DNA of 64,000 nucleotides from a bacterium (GTDB taxonomy: Bacteria > Patescibacteriota > Minisyncoccia > Phycocordibacterales > SBAW01). The notes under the pieces are model-generated. The model saw only the letters and a program-made list of their open reading frames with translations. It did not search any database and was not told the DNA's origin. Position 1 is the first letter of the stretch. Every line of letters begins with the position of its first letter. The DNA is taken from NCBI GenBank assembly GCA_037139975.1, contig JBAXFJ010000002.1, forward strand, positions 90,099 to 154,098, given 5' to 3'. Positions 49,497 through 58,650 of the stretch are shown here, one piece after another. A program made the translations under genes and the position numbers.

Positions 49497-50300
49497 TTAT
49501 TTATTCTTACGAATTGCATCATTACGCTCAAGGATTGCTTTGAGGAGTGGCGAGTCGAAGCCTGCTTTCTTTGCAGCATCGTAGATCCCGTTTGTGTCTT
49601 TGGGAATACACTTCCCACCAAAACCGCGGTTGTCTGGGTACACGAGCGTGTGCGAGCGACCCACGCGCGCGTCGGCAAGCCATAACTCACGTAGCTCATC
49701 ATAAGAAACGCCAAAGGTTTTTGCTATTTCATAGAACTCATTGCAAAACGTCACCTTGCTCGCGATCCACGCGTTTTCCATATATTTGGTCAGCTCAGCG
49801 GTGGTGGAATCGGTAATGCGATATTCACCAAACGGGCCGCGCACACGGGTGAAAAATGGGAGCACTTTCTCGACTGTCTCTTTTTTGCCACCAAAGATAA
49901 ACGTCTTGTGTAGCTTCATGTCGGTCGGGTGCGGCACGCCTTCCCAGTGCGGCACCGGGTAGCCTCCCTCGCCGATGAATTCGGGCGAAAAAACGAGACG
50001 ATCCTGCAGAGAATATTTTTGAATGAGCCCTTCGGTGGTGCCGGGCGGCACCGTGCTTTTAAGCACAATAAGCGGCGTCATGAGCCACGAAAATGTGTCT
50101 TCAACAATAGAGAGGTCCGCTGCGCCAGCTTCCCCCATCTGCGTTGGGACACAGACCACCGCCAAGTCAGCACTGTTTACTGCCCCCTTGTCGACATGCC
50201 CTTGCGCTGGATCGTATACGACTATCTCAAATTTATTTTTAAAAAATACATCGATGGCTTGCCCCACATACCCATGCCCCACAATTGCTATTTTCTTCAT
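49497..50300 (-). CDS. UDP-glucose/GDP-mannose dehydrogenase family protein, short form (NAD-binding and catalytic domains only)
   Basis: 'KIAIVGHGYVGQ' Rossmann motif and 'GFGGKCIPKD' catalytic Cys motif. 267 aa; no C-terminal UDP-binding domain. Start at the internal Met. Confidence 0.7.
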   Translation of the reverse strand: MKKIAIVGHGYVGQAIDVFFKNKFEIVVYDPAQGHVDKGAVNSADLAVVCVPTQMGEAGAADLSIVEDTFSWLMTPLIVLKSTVPPGTTEGLIQKYSLQDRLVFSPEFIGEGGYPVPHWEGVPHPTDMKLHKTFIFGGKKETVEKVLPFFTRVRGPFGEYRITDSTTAELTKYMENAWIASKVTFCNEFYEIAKTFGVSYDELRELWLADARVGRSHTLVYPDNRGFGGKCIPKDTNGIYDAAKKAGFDSPLLKAILERNDAIRKNK

Positions 50301-50313
50301 ATTTTCTTGAACA

Positions 50314-51618
50314 TTATAACCTATCCCGAAGTTTCTTGCGGTGAAAGCCGATGGCAAAGCGGTGCGCCTCGGCGTTGGCAAGTAAAATTTCTTTTTCTCT
50401 GATTTTGATTATATTCTTGTCGCCTACCTGCGCAGGCAGGCCCTGCAAGGCCCGTGGACGATGTTTTTCATCTTTGGTGACGCCTACAAGAGGGATCTGC
50501 ACGCCAAACTCTTTTAAGATTGTGTGTGCAGCGTTCAGCTGTGCGGTAGAGCCATCAATCACGATCAATTTTGGAAGCGGCCACTCACTGTGTCCGAGCC
50601 GACGAGACAAAATTTCTTTCAGCGCGCCGGGGTCGTCCCCTGCTTTGGTGGCGCGCAGAATAAACTTGCGATACTCAGCGGGGGCGGCCGCACCGTCTTC
50701 CACCACCGTCATCACACCCACTGCTGCGCTCCCACCCAGGTGCGCGGCATCGTACGCCTCTATTCGAAAAGAGGAAATTTCAAAAGGTCTGCGATATTCA
50801 TCTTTAATAAGAGAGACGTCTTGGATGTGCTGGAGCGCGAACATCTGCCCACGCAGGCGCGCCGCTTCTTCAAACGCTTCTTTCTTTGCGGCAATTTTCA
50901 TATCCCGCTCAAGACTCTTCAGCAGCGTGCTTTTTTTGCCTTGGAAGAGCATTACGATGCGCCGGATTATCCTCTCATACTCTGTTTTACTGATTTCGCC
51001 CGAGCAGACGCCGGGACACAGTCCAATGTGCCGGTTGAAACACGGCTTACACCCTACAAAGGTCGCACCTTTGTATAACAAAGGTGCGACCTTTGTATAT
51101 TTACATGGCACACAAGTGTCGCGATAGGGAAAAATCTTGCGGATTATTTTGAGCGCTTCTTTCAGCTGCGCCCCGTGTGGGAAGGGTCCAAAGGTGTGCA
51201 GGCGCGTCTCGGGAGGAAACTCTGCTTCTAAATTTTTACCCCGCACCAGCAAGACTCTCGGGAATCCGCCAGCTGGCGGATCTTCTTTGGTAATAACAAC
51301 ATGATTGAAACTCTTGTCGTCTTTCAGGTCGGTGTTGTGTGGCGGTTTGTGGGTACGGATGAGGCTTGCCTCGAGCAACAGCGCCTCAAGGACCGAGTCG
51401 GTTTGTCGCCAATCTATCGCTTTGGCCTTTTCAACCATCGAGACAATCAGCTGTCCACGTGTTTTGGGCAAATCGCTGGCAAAATAGCTGCGCACGCGGC
51501 TGCGCAGCGAGGTCGCTTTGCCGATATACAAAACCTTCTTTCGCGCATCAAGAAAAAAGTACACCCCCGGCGCATCTGGCAACTTTGCTGCTTTTTTCTT
51601 AAACTCTTCGAGAGTCAT
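50314..51618 (-). CDS. uvrC: excinuclease ABC subunit C (short, 434 aa)
   Basis: GIY-YIG 'GVYFFLDARKKVLYIGKATSLRSRVRSYF', Cys cluster, RNase H-like endonuclease region. Confidence 0.85.
   Translation of the reverse strand: MTLEEFKKKAAKLPDAPGVYFFLDARKKVLYIGKATSLRSRVRSYFASDLPKTRGQLIVSMVEKAKAIDWRQTDSVLEALLLEASLIRTHKPPHNTDLKDDKSFNHVVITKEDPPAGGFPRVLLVRGKNLEAEFPPETRLHTFGPFPHGAQLKEALKIIRKIFPYRDTCVPCKYTKVAPLLYKGATFVGCKPCFNRHIGLCPGVCSGEISKTEYERIIRRIVMLFQGKKSTLLKSLERDMKIAAKKEAFEEAARLRGQMFALQHIQDVSLIKDEYRRPFEISSFRIEAYDAAHLGGSAAVGVMTVVEDGAAAPAEYRKFILRATKAGDDPGALKEILSRRLGHSEWPLPKLIVIDGSTAQLNAAHTILKEFGVQIPLVGVTKDEKHRPRALQGLPAQVGDKNIIKIREKEILLANAEAHRFAIGFHRKKLRDRL
51055..51099. repeat. tandem pair of 22-bp palindromic units (TACAAAGGTCGCACCTTTGTATA / ACAAAGGTGCGACCTTTGTATA) in frame within uvrC
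   Basis: Each unit is an inverted repeat and the second is the reverse complement of the first. Encodes '...KVAPLLYKGATFV...' inside the UvrC cysteine-rich segment. Confidence 0.7.
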
Positions 51619-51624
51619 AGATTT

Positions 51625-54285
51625 TTATTTTCCCTTTAACACTCTCGCCAGATACTTGCCCGTGTGCGAATGTTTGTTGTTGGACACCTCCTCAGGCGTG
51701 CCTTTTGCCACGAGTGTCCCCCCGCCGATGCCGCCTTCTGGTCCAAAGTCGAGCACATAGTCGGCGCTTTTGATGATGTCCATGTTATGTTCAATGAGTA
51801 CCACAGAATTTCCCGCCACCACGAGCCGGTTGAGAATATCGATGAGTTTTTGCACGTCGGCATAGTGCAACCCGACCGTCGGTTCATCGAGCAGATATAT
51901 GGTTTTTTGCAGGTGTGGCCTGTACAATTCAGAGCCAATCTTGACGCGCTGCGCCTCGCCACCGGAGAGCGTGGTGGCGCTTTGACCCAACTGCAAATAC
52001 CCCAAGCCCACTTCGCCAAGCGTGTGCAGGCGGTCGTGGATGGCGGGAATGTCGCCAAAAAAATCGAGCGCTTCTTCGACAGTCATTGAAAGCACTTCTG
52101 AGATATTTTTCTTTTTATACTTCACCTCGAGGGTCTCTTTCATAAACCGTTTGCCGTCGCAGATGTCGCAGGTCACGTAGACTGTGGGTAAAAAGTGCAT
52201 CTCGACGGCGATGGTGCCGTTGCCTTCGCACGCCTCACAGCGCCCACCGCCTTTTTCCTGCTTCACATTGAATGAAAACCTGCTCGATTTCCAACCCCGT
52301 GCCCGCGCCTCGGTTGTCGAGGCAAAGAGCTCGCGGATGAAAATAAACGTACCAGTATAGGTCGCGGGGTTCGAGCGTGGCGTGCGGCCGATGGGACTCT
52401 GGTCAATGAGGATTGCCCGCGAGAGGTTTTCCATCCCCTCAACGGTTGTTGCGTTAAACACTTTGTTTGTTCGGTAGCGCTTGTCGAAACGCGCTTTGAG
52501 GTTTTCATAGAGGATTTCATAGAGGAATGTCGACTTGCCCGAACCCGAGACACCTGTCACCGCAACCAACTTGCCCAGCGGCACGTCCACCGAGAGATTG
52601 TGAATGTTGAACGCGCGGCCGCCGCGGATCTTGATTGTCCCCTTGTCTTTGTCGCGTCTGTTTTCTGGCACAGGCACTTCCATCTCGCCGCGCAGGTAGG
52701 CGAGCGTCAGCGAACCACTGTCATTCTTTTTAGCGGTGAGCAACTTGTCGAGGTCACCCGCCACCACCACTTCCCCGCCGTGGACGCCAGCGCCGGGGCC
52801 GATGTCGACGATGTAGTCGCTTGAATAAATCGTGTCTTCGTCGTGTTCAACCACAATGATGGTGTTGCCCAGGTCGCGCAGGTTGACCAGCGTCTTGATG
52901 AGTCGCTCGTTGTCGCGACTGTGCAGACCAATGGTTGGTTCATCGAGCACATAGAGCGCACCCACAAGTCCCGAACCCAGCTGTGACGCCAGGCGGATGC
53001 GTTGTGCCTCACCACCCGAGAGCGTGTTGGCACGCCGGTCGAGCGTCAGGTAGTCCAAACCAACATCGAGCATGAACTTGAGCCGTGAAGAGATTTCTTT
53101 AATCACTGTTTTTGAAATCTCTTGATCTTTTTTGGAAAGCTCCAACTCTTTAAAGAATTCATATGCATCTTTGACCGACAGATTGGTCAAATCTACTATA
53201 TTCTTTCTGTTGGACAACAAAGGTGACTCCTTAGCTTTGGAAGGTGTCTCCTTGGTTGTCCTCAAAAAAACATGCAGGGCTTCGGAGCGCAGGCGCGCGC
53301 CGTGACAGACGGGGCACTCTTCGTCGCTAAAGAAGTGTTTGGTTCCGAGGCCATTGCAGGCGGGACATGCACCGTAGGGAGAGTTAAACGAAAAGAGGCG
53401 CGGCTCTACTTCAGGGAACGAGAATCCGTCGTAGGCGCACATAAACTTTGCCGACACGAGTCGCTCGCCCACTGAGTCTTCGACTTTAACCAAGCCACCC
53501 GACTCTTCAAGCGCGCGCTCAACCGCTTCAGAAAGGCGTTCGAGCGCCGCAGGCTTGGTGCGCGCGAAGTCAGCTATCAAAATCTCATCAACAAGCGCAT
53601 CGATGTCGTGCTTTTTGTTTTTTGAGAGGATAATCTGCTCGCGCAAGCTCATCACCACGCCATCAACCTTGACCTTTTCATAGCCCTTGCCGAGCAAGTC
53701 GTAGAGCAGTTGGTAGTATTCGCCCTTGCGGCCTACCACCACCGGCGCAAAGATCTTGACGGTGGCAGTGCTAATTGTGATGTCGAACACCTGTATATCA
53801 CTTTTTTGCTTGCCCTGCGTAGCCTTGCGCGAAGTAGGGGGCATGTGGCTCTCGACGCCTTCGATGATGCTTTGCACAATTTCTTCGTTGCTGTGCTTTT
53901 TGATCTCGCGACTACACACGGGGCAGTGCGGCTTGCCCACGCGCGCAAACAAAATGCGCAAGTAGTCATAAATTTCAGTAATCGTTGCCACCGTGGAGCG
54001 TGGATTGTTTGAACGCGACTTTTGATCAATAGAAATTGCCGGAGAGAGACCGGTGATTTCTTCAACGTCGGGCTTTTGCATCTGACGCAAGAACTGCCGC
54101 GCGTATGCAGAAAGACTCTCCATATAGCGGCGCTGCCCTTCTGCAAAAATAGTATCAAACGCGAGCGACGACTTCCCGCTCCCCGAGAGACCAGTAAAAA
54201 CCACCATTTTATTTCTGGGAATGGACAGCGAAATATTCTTGAGGTTGTGCGTCTTTGCGCCCTTTATGGTGATTTTGTCTTCCAT
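51625..54285 (-). CDS. uvrA: excinuclease ABC subunit A
   Basis: Two ABC ATPase modules (Walker A 'GLSGSGKSSL' and 'GVSGSGKST'), zinc-finger cysteines, 886 aa. Confidence 0.95.
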   Translation of the reverse strand: MEDKITIKGAKTHNLKNISLSIPRNKMVVFTGLSGSGKSSLAFDTIFAEGQRRYMESLSAYARQFLRQMQKPDVEEITGLSPAISIDQKSRSNNPRSTVATITEIYDYLRILFARVGKPHCPVCSREIKKHSNEEIVQSIIEGVESHMPPTSRKATQGKQKSDIQVFDITISTATVKIFAPVVVGRKGEYYQLLYDLLGKGYEKVKVDGVVMSLREQIILSKNKKHDIDALVDEILIADFARTKPAALERLSEAVERALEESGGLVKVEDSVGERLVSAKFMCAYDGFSFPEVEPRLFSFNSPYGACPACNGLGTKHFFSDEECPVCHGARLRSEALHVFLRTTKETPSKAKESPLLSNRKNIVDLTNLSVKDAYEFFKELELSKKDQEISKTVIKEISSRLKFMLDVGLDYLTLDRRANTLSGGEAQRIRLASQLGSGLVGALYVLDEPTIGLHSRDNERLIKTLVNLRDLGNTIIVVEHDEDTIYSSDYIVDIGPGAGVHGGEVVVAGDLDKLLTAKKNDSGSLTLAYLRGEMEVPVPENRRDKDKGTIKIRGGRAFNIHNLSVDVPLGKLVAVTGVSGSGKSTFLYEILYENLKARFDKRYRTNKVFNATTVEGMENLSRAILIDQSPIGRTPRSNPATYTGTFIFIRELFASTTEARARGWKSSRFSFNVKQEKGGGRCEACEGNGTIAVEMHFLPTVYVTCDICDGKRFMKETLEVKYKKKNISEVLSMTVEEALDFFGDIPAIHDRLHTLGEVGLGYLQLGQSATTLSGGEAQRVKIGSELYRPHLQKTIYLLDEPTVGLHYADVQKLIDILNRLVVAGNSVVLIEHNMDIIKSADYVLDFGPEGGIGGGTLVAKGTPEEVSNNKHSHTGKYLARVLKGK
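53221..53253. repeat. 33-bp imperfect palindromic element AGGTGACTCCTTAGCTTTGGAAGGTGTCTCCTT, in frame within uvrA (copy 1)
   Basis: Near-identical copy at 57531-57563 in tgt. On the coding strand it encodes 'KETPSKAKESP' and carries two AAGGAG motifs. Confidence 0.75.
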
Positions 54286-54394
54286 AGAAAATTTTCAGAT
54301 AACACAACGGCCCCGAGGACCGCTCCTAGGGGTTGCGTATGTGCAGAAAGAGTATAGCACTTTGCTCAAAAACCCGATACAGTGGAACCTTTTT

Positions 54395-56482
54395 TTATTT
54401 CTTATGGTTCTTTTGTTTGATTGGCTTGTTGCCGCCCTCGAGCACTGCTATTTCATCGCGCAAAATTGCCGCGGTTTCAAAGTCGAGTTCTTTGACCGCC
54501 GCTTCCATCTGGCTCCGCTTTTCTTTGATAAACTTTTTTGGGTTTTGGGCATAGAGACTCTTGTCGATATCGAGCAGCACGTTGACCGCCTTGCCATGCT
54601 CGCTGCGCAATGCTTCAGTAATATCTTTAATCGCTTTGATGATAGTTTTGGGTGTGATGCCGTGTTTTGTGTTGTAGGCAATCTGCACTGCGCGGCGCCG
54701 GTTCGTTTCGCCAATCGCTTTTTCAAGCGAATTGGTCATCTGGTCGGCATAGAGAATGACGCGGCCATGCACATTGCGCGCGGCGCGACCAATGGTTTGG
54801 ATGAGCGAGACTTCAGAGCGCAAGAACCCTTCTTTGTCGGCATCGAGAATAGCCACCAGCTCAACTTCGGGCAAGTCGAGCCCTTCGCGCAGCAAATTGA
54901 CCCCCACCAACACATCGTAAACGCCCTTGCGAAACTCGGTGAGCGTTGTTATGCGGTCCATCGTGAGCACGTCGCTGTGGATATAGGCTGCTTTAAACTT
55001 TCGGTCTTTCAAAAACTCTGAAAGATCTTCAGCCATCTTTTTGGTAAGTGTCGTAACGAGGATTCTCCCGCCATGCTTAATCACCTTTTCTGCTTCGTCT
55101 AAAAAGTCTTGCACTTGGCCCCGAGCGTTATTTAAGGGAAGTCCGACTTCACTAGTAACTAGTGAAGTCGGACTTCCCTTTTCACCGGTTACTGGTCGGA
55201 TAATAATTTCAGGATCAATAAGGCCGGTGGGGCGAATGATTTGCTCGACCATCTCGCCCGACTTTTCTTTTTCATAGGGCCCGGGGGTCGCCGAAGTGTA
55301 AACAGTCTGCCCCACCCGCTCCTCAAACTCTTCAAACGTCAGCGGCCTGTTGTCGATAGCCGAAGGGAGGCGAAAGCCGTAGTCGACCAAGTTTTTCTTG
55401 CGCGCTTGGTCGCCCGCATACATGGCCCCGATTTGCGGCACCGTCACATGCGACTCGTCTATCACGGTCAAGAAATCAGGCTTGCCGTCTTTGGTGTGGG
55501 GGAAATATTCAAGAAGAGAGAATGGCGGCTGCCCTGGTTTGCGCCCATCAAAGTGCCTTGAGTAGTTCTCGATGCCCGAGCAGTAGCCAATCTCACGGAT
55601 CATAGCCAAGTCGTGGTTTGTTCTCCTTTTCAATCGCTCTGCCTCAAGCAGCTTGCCTGAGCGTTCAAATACCTTGAGCTGTTCTTTAAGCTCAAATTTA
55701 ATTTCTTCAATCGCTCGGCCGCGCTCTGCCTCGGGGGTCACGTAGTGCTTGGCAGGAAAGAGAAAGAGCGAGCTGGGGCTTTCTTTTTCTGCGCGAGTGA
55801 TGGCGTCTATGATGCGCACTTTTCCTATTTTCTCGCCATCAAATTCAACACGATAGAGCACCCGCTCGCCGGTCGGCATAATCTCGACCGAGTTGCCCAG
55901 CGCGCGAAATTTGCCAGGAGTCAAATCAGCCGGTGTGCGCTCAAAATAAATGTGTATCAATTCGCGAATCAGCTCTGCCCGATTTTTCTTAGTGCCCGGC
56001 GTCAATTCGACATGCACTTTTTTATATTCTTCTGGACTGCCGAGCGCATAGATGCACGAAACAGAGGCAACGATAATCACGTCATCGCGGGTGAGCAGTG
56101 CCTGGGTCGAGGCGTGGCGAAGCCTGTCTATCTCTTCGTTTATCTGCGCCTCTTTTTCAATGTATGTGTCCGAGTGCGGGATGTATGCTTCGGGCTGGTA
56201 GTAGTCGTAGTAGGAGACGAAATAGTGCACCGCGTTGTTTGGAAAAAATTCTTTGTACTCTTGGGCGAGTTGAGCCGCCAGAGTTTTGTTGTGGGCTATC
56301 ACCAACGTGGGCTTTTGTATCTGGTTGATGATGTTTGCCACGGTAAACGTCTTGCCCGATCCGGTAACGCCCAAAAGAGTCTGGTCGCGCTTGCCGGCTT
56401 TGAGCCCCTTCACCAATGCCTCAATAGCCTTGGGCTGGTCCCCAGCTGGTTGGTATTCGGATGCGAGTTTAAATCCTGACAT
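54395..56482 (-). CDS. uvrB: excinuclease ABC subunit B
   Basis: Helicase motifs 'GVTGSGKT' and 'DESH', C-terminal UVR domain, 695 aa. Confidence 0.95.
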   Translation of the reverse strand: MSGFKLASEYQPAGDQPKAIEALVKGLKAGKRDQTLLGVTGSGKTFTVANIINQIQKPTLVIAHNKTLAAQLAQEYKEFFPNNAVHYFVSYYDYYQPEAYIPHSDTYIEKEAQINEEIDRLRHASTQALLTRDDVIIVASVSCIYALGSPEEYKKVHVELTPGTKKNRAELIRELIHIYFERTPADLTPGKFRALGNSVEIMPTGERVLYRVEFDGEKIGKVRIIDAITRAEKESPSSLFLFPAKHYVTPEAERGRAIEEIKFELKEQLKVFERSGKLLEAERLKRRTNHDLAMIREIGYCSGIENYSRHFDGRKPGQPPFSLLEYFPHTKDGKPDFLTVIDESHVTVPQIGAMYAGDQARKKNLVDYGFRLPSAIDNRPLTFEEFEERVGQTVYTSATPGPYEKEKSGEMVEQIIRPTGLIDPEIIIRPVTGEKGSPTSLVTSEVGLPLNNARGQVQDFLDEAEKVIKHGGRILVTTLTKKMAEDLSEFLKDRKFKAAYIHSDVLTMDRITTLTEFRKGVYDVLVGVNLLREGLDLPEVELVAILDADKEGFLRSEVSLIQTIGRAARNVHGRVILYADQMTNSLEKAIGETNRRRAVQIAYNTKHGITPKTIIKAIKDITEALRSEHGKAVNVLLDIDKSLYAQNPKKFIKEKRSQMEAAVKELDFETAAILRDEIAVLEGGNKPIKQKNHKK
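55134..55180. repeat. perfect 47-bp palindrome (23-bp arms, AAGGGAAGTCCGACTTCACTAGT-A-ACTAGTGAAGTCGGACTTCCCTT) inserted in frame in uvrB
   Basis: Relative to the E. coli UvrB segment '...IEVRPVATQVDDLL...', the protein here carries an extra ~22 aa, 'GEKGSPTSLVTSEVGLPLNNAR', encoded by the palindrome and its flanks. Confidence 0.75.
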
Positions 56483-56647
56483 GTAGACACTCTACCACAT
56501 TTGTGTGGTTACTCTATAAAAAGCAAAAGAGGGACGGACTTAATATTATAAGCCGTCCCTCCACCAAATGATATTCCCTCTTCTGAGGACACACTTGGCT
56601 TAGTCTCTTGGTCTGTTAAAGACATTGCTCTGTTTCAAGATAGTATG

Positions 56648-57946
56648 TCAAGAGCGTTTGTATTTCGCTAAAAACTCATCTCGAAACTGCTCAAAATTAC
56701 CTTGGAGAATAGATTCGCGGATTTGGGAGACCAAGTTTGCGAGAAAGAAGATATTGTGCTGGCTGGCGAGCATCGGGGCGAGCATCTCTTTAGTGCGAAA
56801 GAGGTGGTGGATGTAAGCGCGGGTAAATTGGAAACCGGTTTCTCCATTTTGGGCGCAGACAGGGCAGGCGCACTCGGGGTCGAGGGGACCTAGATCGTCT
56901 TTGTATTGTGCGTTCTCTATGTTCAGCTTTCCCGCATGGGTAAAGAGCGTACCCGTGCGGCCGTTGCGCGTGGGGATGACGCAGTCAAAGGTGTCGACTC
57001 CATAGGCCGCGCCCAAAAATAAATCTTCGGGCTCCCCCACCCCGAGCCCGTGCACCGGCATGTCGGGCGGGAGAAATTGGAGCATGTTGAGTGCCGACTG
57101 CAAAGAATTTTCCCCATATTTTTTACTAAACGAGCCACCGAGGCCAAAGCCGTCAAAGCCCATGTTGCCTATTGTTTTTGCACTTTCGGCCCTCAGGTCG
57201 TCGAACTGTCCGCCTTGGGCTATGCCGTAGACAGCTTGTTTGTTATTTGCCTCGATGTTTTGCCGATGCGCGGCGAGTGAGCGTTTTGCCCAACGGTGGG
57301 TGCGTTCCATTGCCTCTTTTTGATATTCGTAGGGGGCGGTGGGCTCGGTGCATTCATCGAACGCAAAGAAGATATCCGCGCCGAGCTTGTGTTGGATCTC
57401 AACCGAGCGCTCGGGAGTAAAGCGATGCAAGGTGCCGTCGAGGTGGCTGGTAAACGACACGCCATCTTCATCAACGATAGCGAGCTTGCCGTGACTCGTG
57501 GCAAGTTCTTCATTATATACTGCTGCTTCAGTCGGTTGAGGTGACTCCTTAGCCCTGGAAGGTGTCTCCTCGAGCGACTGAAATTTTGAAACTTTTTTGC
57601 CAAATCCAACCCCCAGTGAAAACACTTGGAAGCCGCCCGAGTCAGTCATGGTTGGGCCATTCCAGCCCATAAACTTGCCCACGCCACCTGCTTTTTCTAC
57701 CAGATCTTCCCCCGGCGAAAGGTAGAGGTGATAGGTGTTGGCTATGACTGTTTGTAAACCCAAATTTTTAAAATCCAGACTCGAAACGCCTTTGATGGTT
57801 GCCTTGGTCGCCACCCCAACGAACGCAGGCGTTTGAATGTCGCCATGCGGGGTCGACAAAACCCCCGCTCGAGCGAGCGAGGGCTTGTTTTGCTTTTCTA
57901 TTTTAAACGTTACTGGCCGCATCCCGAAAGGCCCCACGTAGGGCAA
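56648..57946 (-). CDS. tgt: queuine tRNA-ribosyltransferase
   Basis: 'DCVIPTRNGRTG' region and 'CACPVC' zinc site, 432 aa. Carries the inserted peptide '...LEETPSRAKESPQPTE...'. Confidence 0.9.
   Translation of the reverse strand: MPYVGPFGMRPVTFKIEKQNKPSLARAGVLSTPHGDIQTPAFVGVATKATIKGVSSLDFKNLGLQTVIANTYHLYLSPGEDLVEKAGGVGKFMGWNGPTMTDSGGFQVFSLGVGFGKKVSKFQSLEETPSRAKESPQPTEAAVYNEELATSHGKLAIVDEDGVSFTSHLDGTLHRFTPERSVEIQHKLGADIFFAFDECTEPTAPYEYQKEAMERTHRWAKRSLAAHRQNIEANNKQAVYGIAQGGQFDDLRAESAKTIGNMGFDGFGLGGSFSKKYGENSLQSALNMLQFLPPDMPVHGLGVGEPEDLFLGAAYGVDTFDCVIPTRNGRTGTLFTHAGKLNIENAQYKDDLGPLDPECACPVCAQNGETGFQFTRAYIHHLFRTKEMLAPMLASQHNIFFLANLVSQIRESILQGNFEQFRDEFLAKYKRS
57531..57563. repeat. 33-bp imperfect palindromic element AGGTGACTCCTTAGCCCTGGAAGGTGTCTCCTC, in frame within tgt (copy 2)
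   Basis: 31/33 identical to the uvrA copy. Encodes 'EETPSRAKESP'. Confidence 0.75.
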
Positions 57947-57976
57947 TTTGACTCTACACTAATTGCTTAGATTTGA

Positions 57977-58486
57977 TTAGTTAGCATTTGCGCCTTCAGG
58001 AACAACGGTGTTGCTTGTTGAACCAGTTTGCCCCACCTTCACTAGTTCAACCTGAAAAATGAGTGTTGCGTTTGGGGGGATTGGGCCTGAACCACTTGCG
58101 CCATACGCAAGCGCTGGTGGGATGATGAGCAAGCGTTTGCCACCTACTTTCATACCCTGGAGGCCTTGGTCCCAACCGGGAATAACCCGACCCACACCGA
58201 TCTGGAACGAAACACCGTTTGCACTATCAAACACAGTGCCGTCTTGCAGCTTGCCAACATAATTAACCACGATTGTGTCACCTGGCTGCACCGTAGCACC
58301 CGTGCCGACTTCCTGGTCTTGCACCACCAGCCCCGCACCCCCCTGTTGGTTTGCTTGTTGATTTACTTGTTGGCTCGCCTCACCCGACGGCCGCGCAAAC
58401 AACGATCCGCCGAACACAAAGAAGAGCGCAACGACCGCGAGACTTACCACAACCGCAACACTTGTATATAAATGGTTTTTATTCAT
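57977..58486 (-). CDS. FKBP-type peptidyl-prolyl cis-trans isomerase, membrane-anchored or secreted
   Basis: '[20 protein letters not shown]...[33 protein letters not shown]' FKBP domain. N-terminal TM/signal. Start at the internal Met ([10 protein letters not shown]). Confidence 0.85.
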   Translation of the reverse strand: MNKNHLYTSVAVVVSLAVVALFFVFGGSLFARPSGEASQQVNQQANQQGGAGLVVQDQEVGTGATVQPGDTIVVNYVGKLQDGTVFDSANGVSFQIGVGRVIPGWDQGLQGMKVGGKRLLIIPPALAYGASGSGPIPPNATLIFQVELVKVGQTGSTSNTVVPEGANAN

Positions 58487-58650
58487 ACCAAAACGATACT
58501 CCAGCCAGCACATTCCAGCAAGCAACCTATCCCCAAGAACTATTGGATACAAGCTAGAAACCTTCTTGCGTGTGACGTGTTATAGAAAGTGTAGTCATAA
58601 ATACTTACACATAGAGTATGAAAAAAATGCGTTAGGCCAGCGCGGCTTCC

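Noticed and set aside
55134-55180. The uvrB palindrome as a pure MDA or assembly chimera artefact
   Set aside because: I cannot exclude it without reads. The insertion preserves the reading frame and sits with at least four other palindromic in-frame insertions, which argues for real genomic elements. It is kept as a finding with an explicit artefact check.
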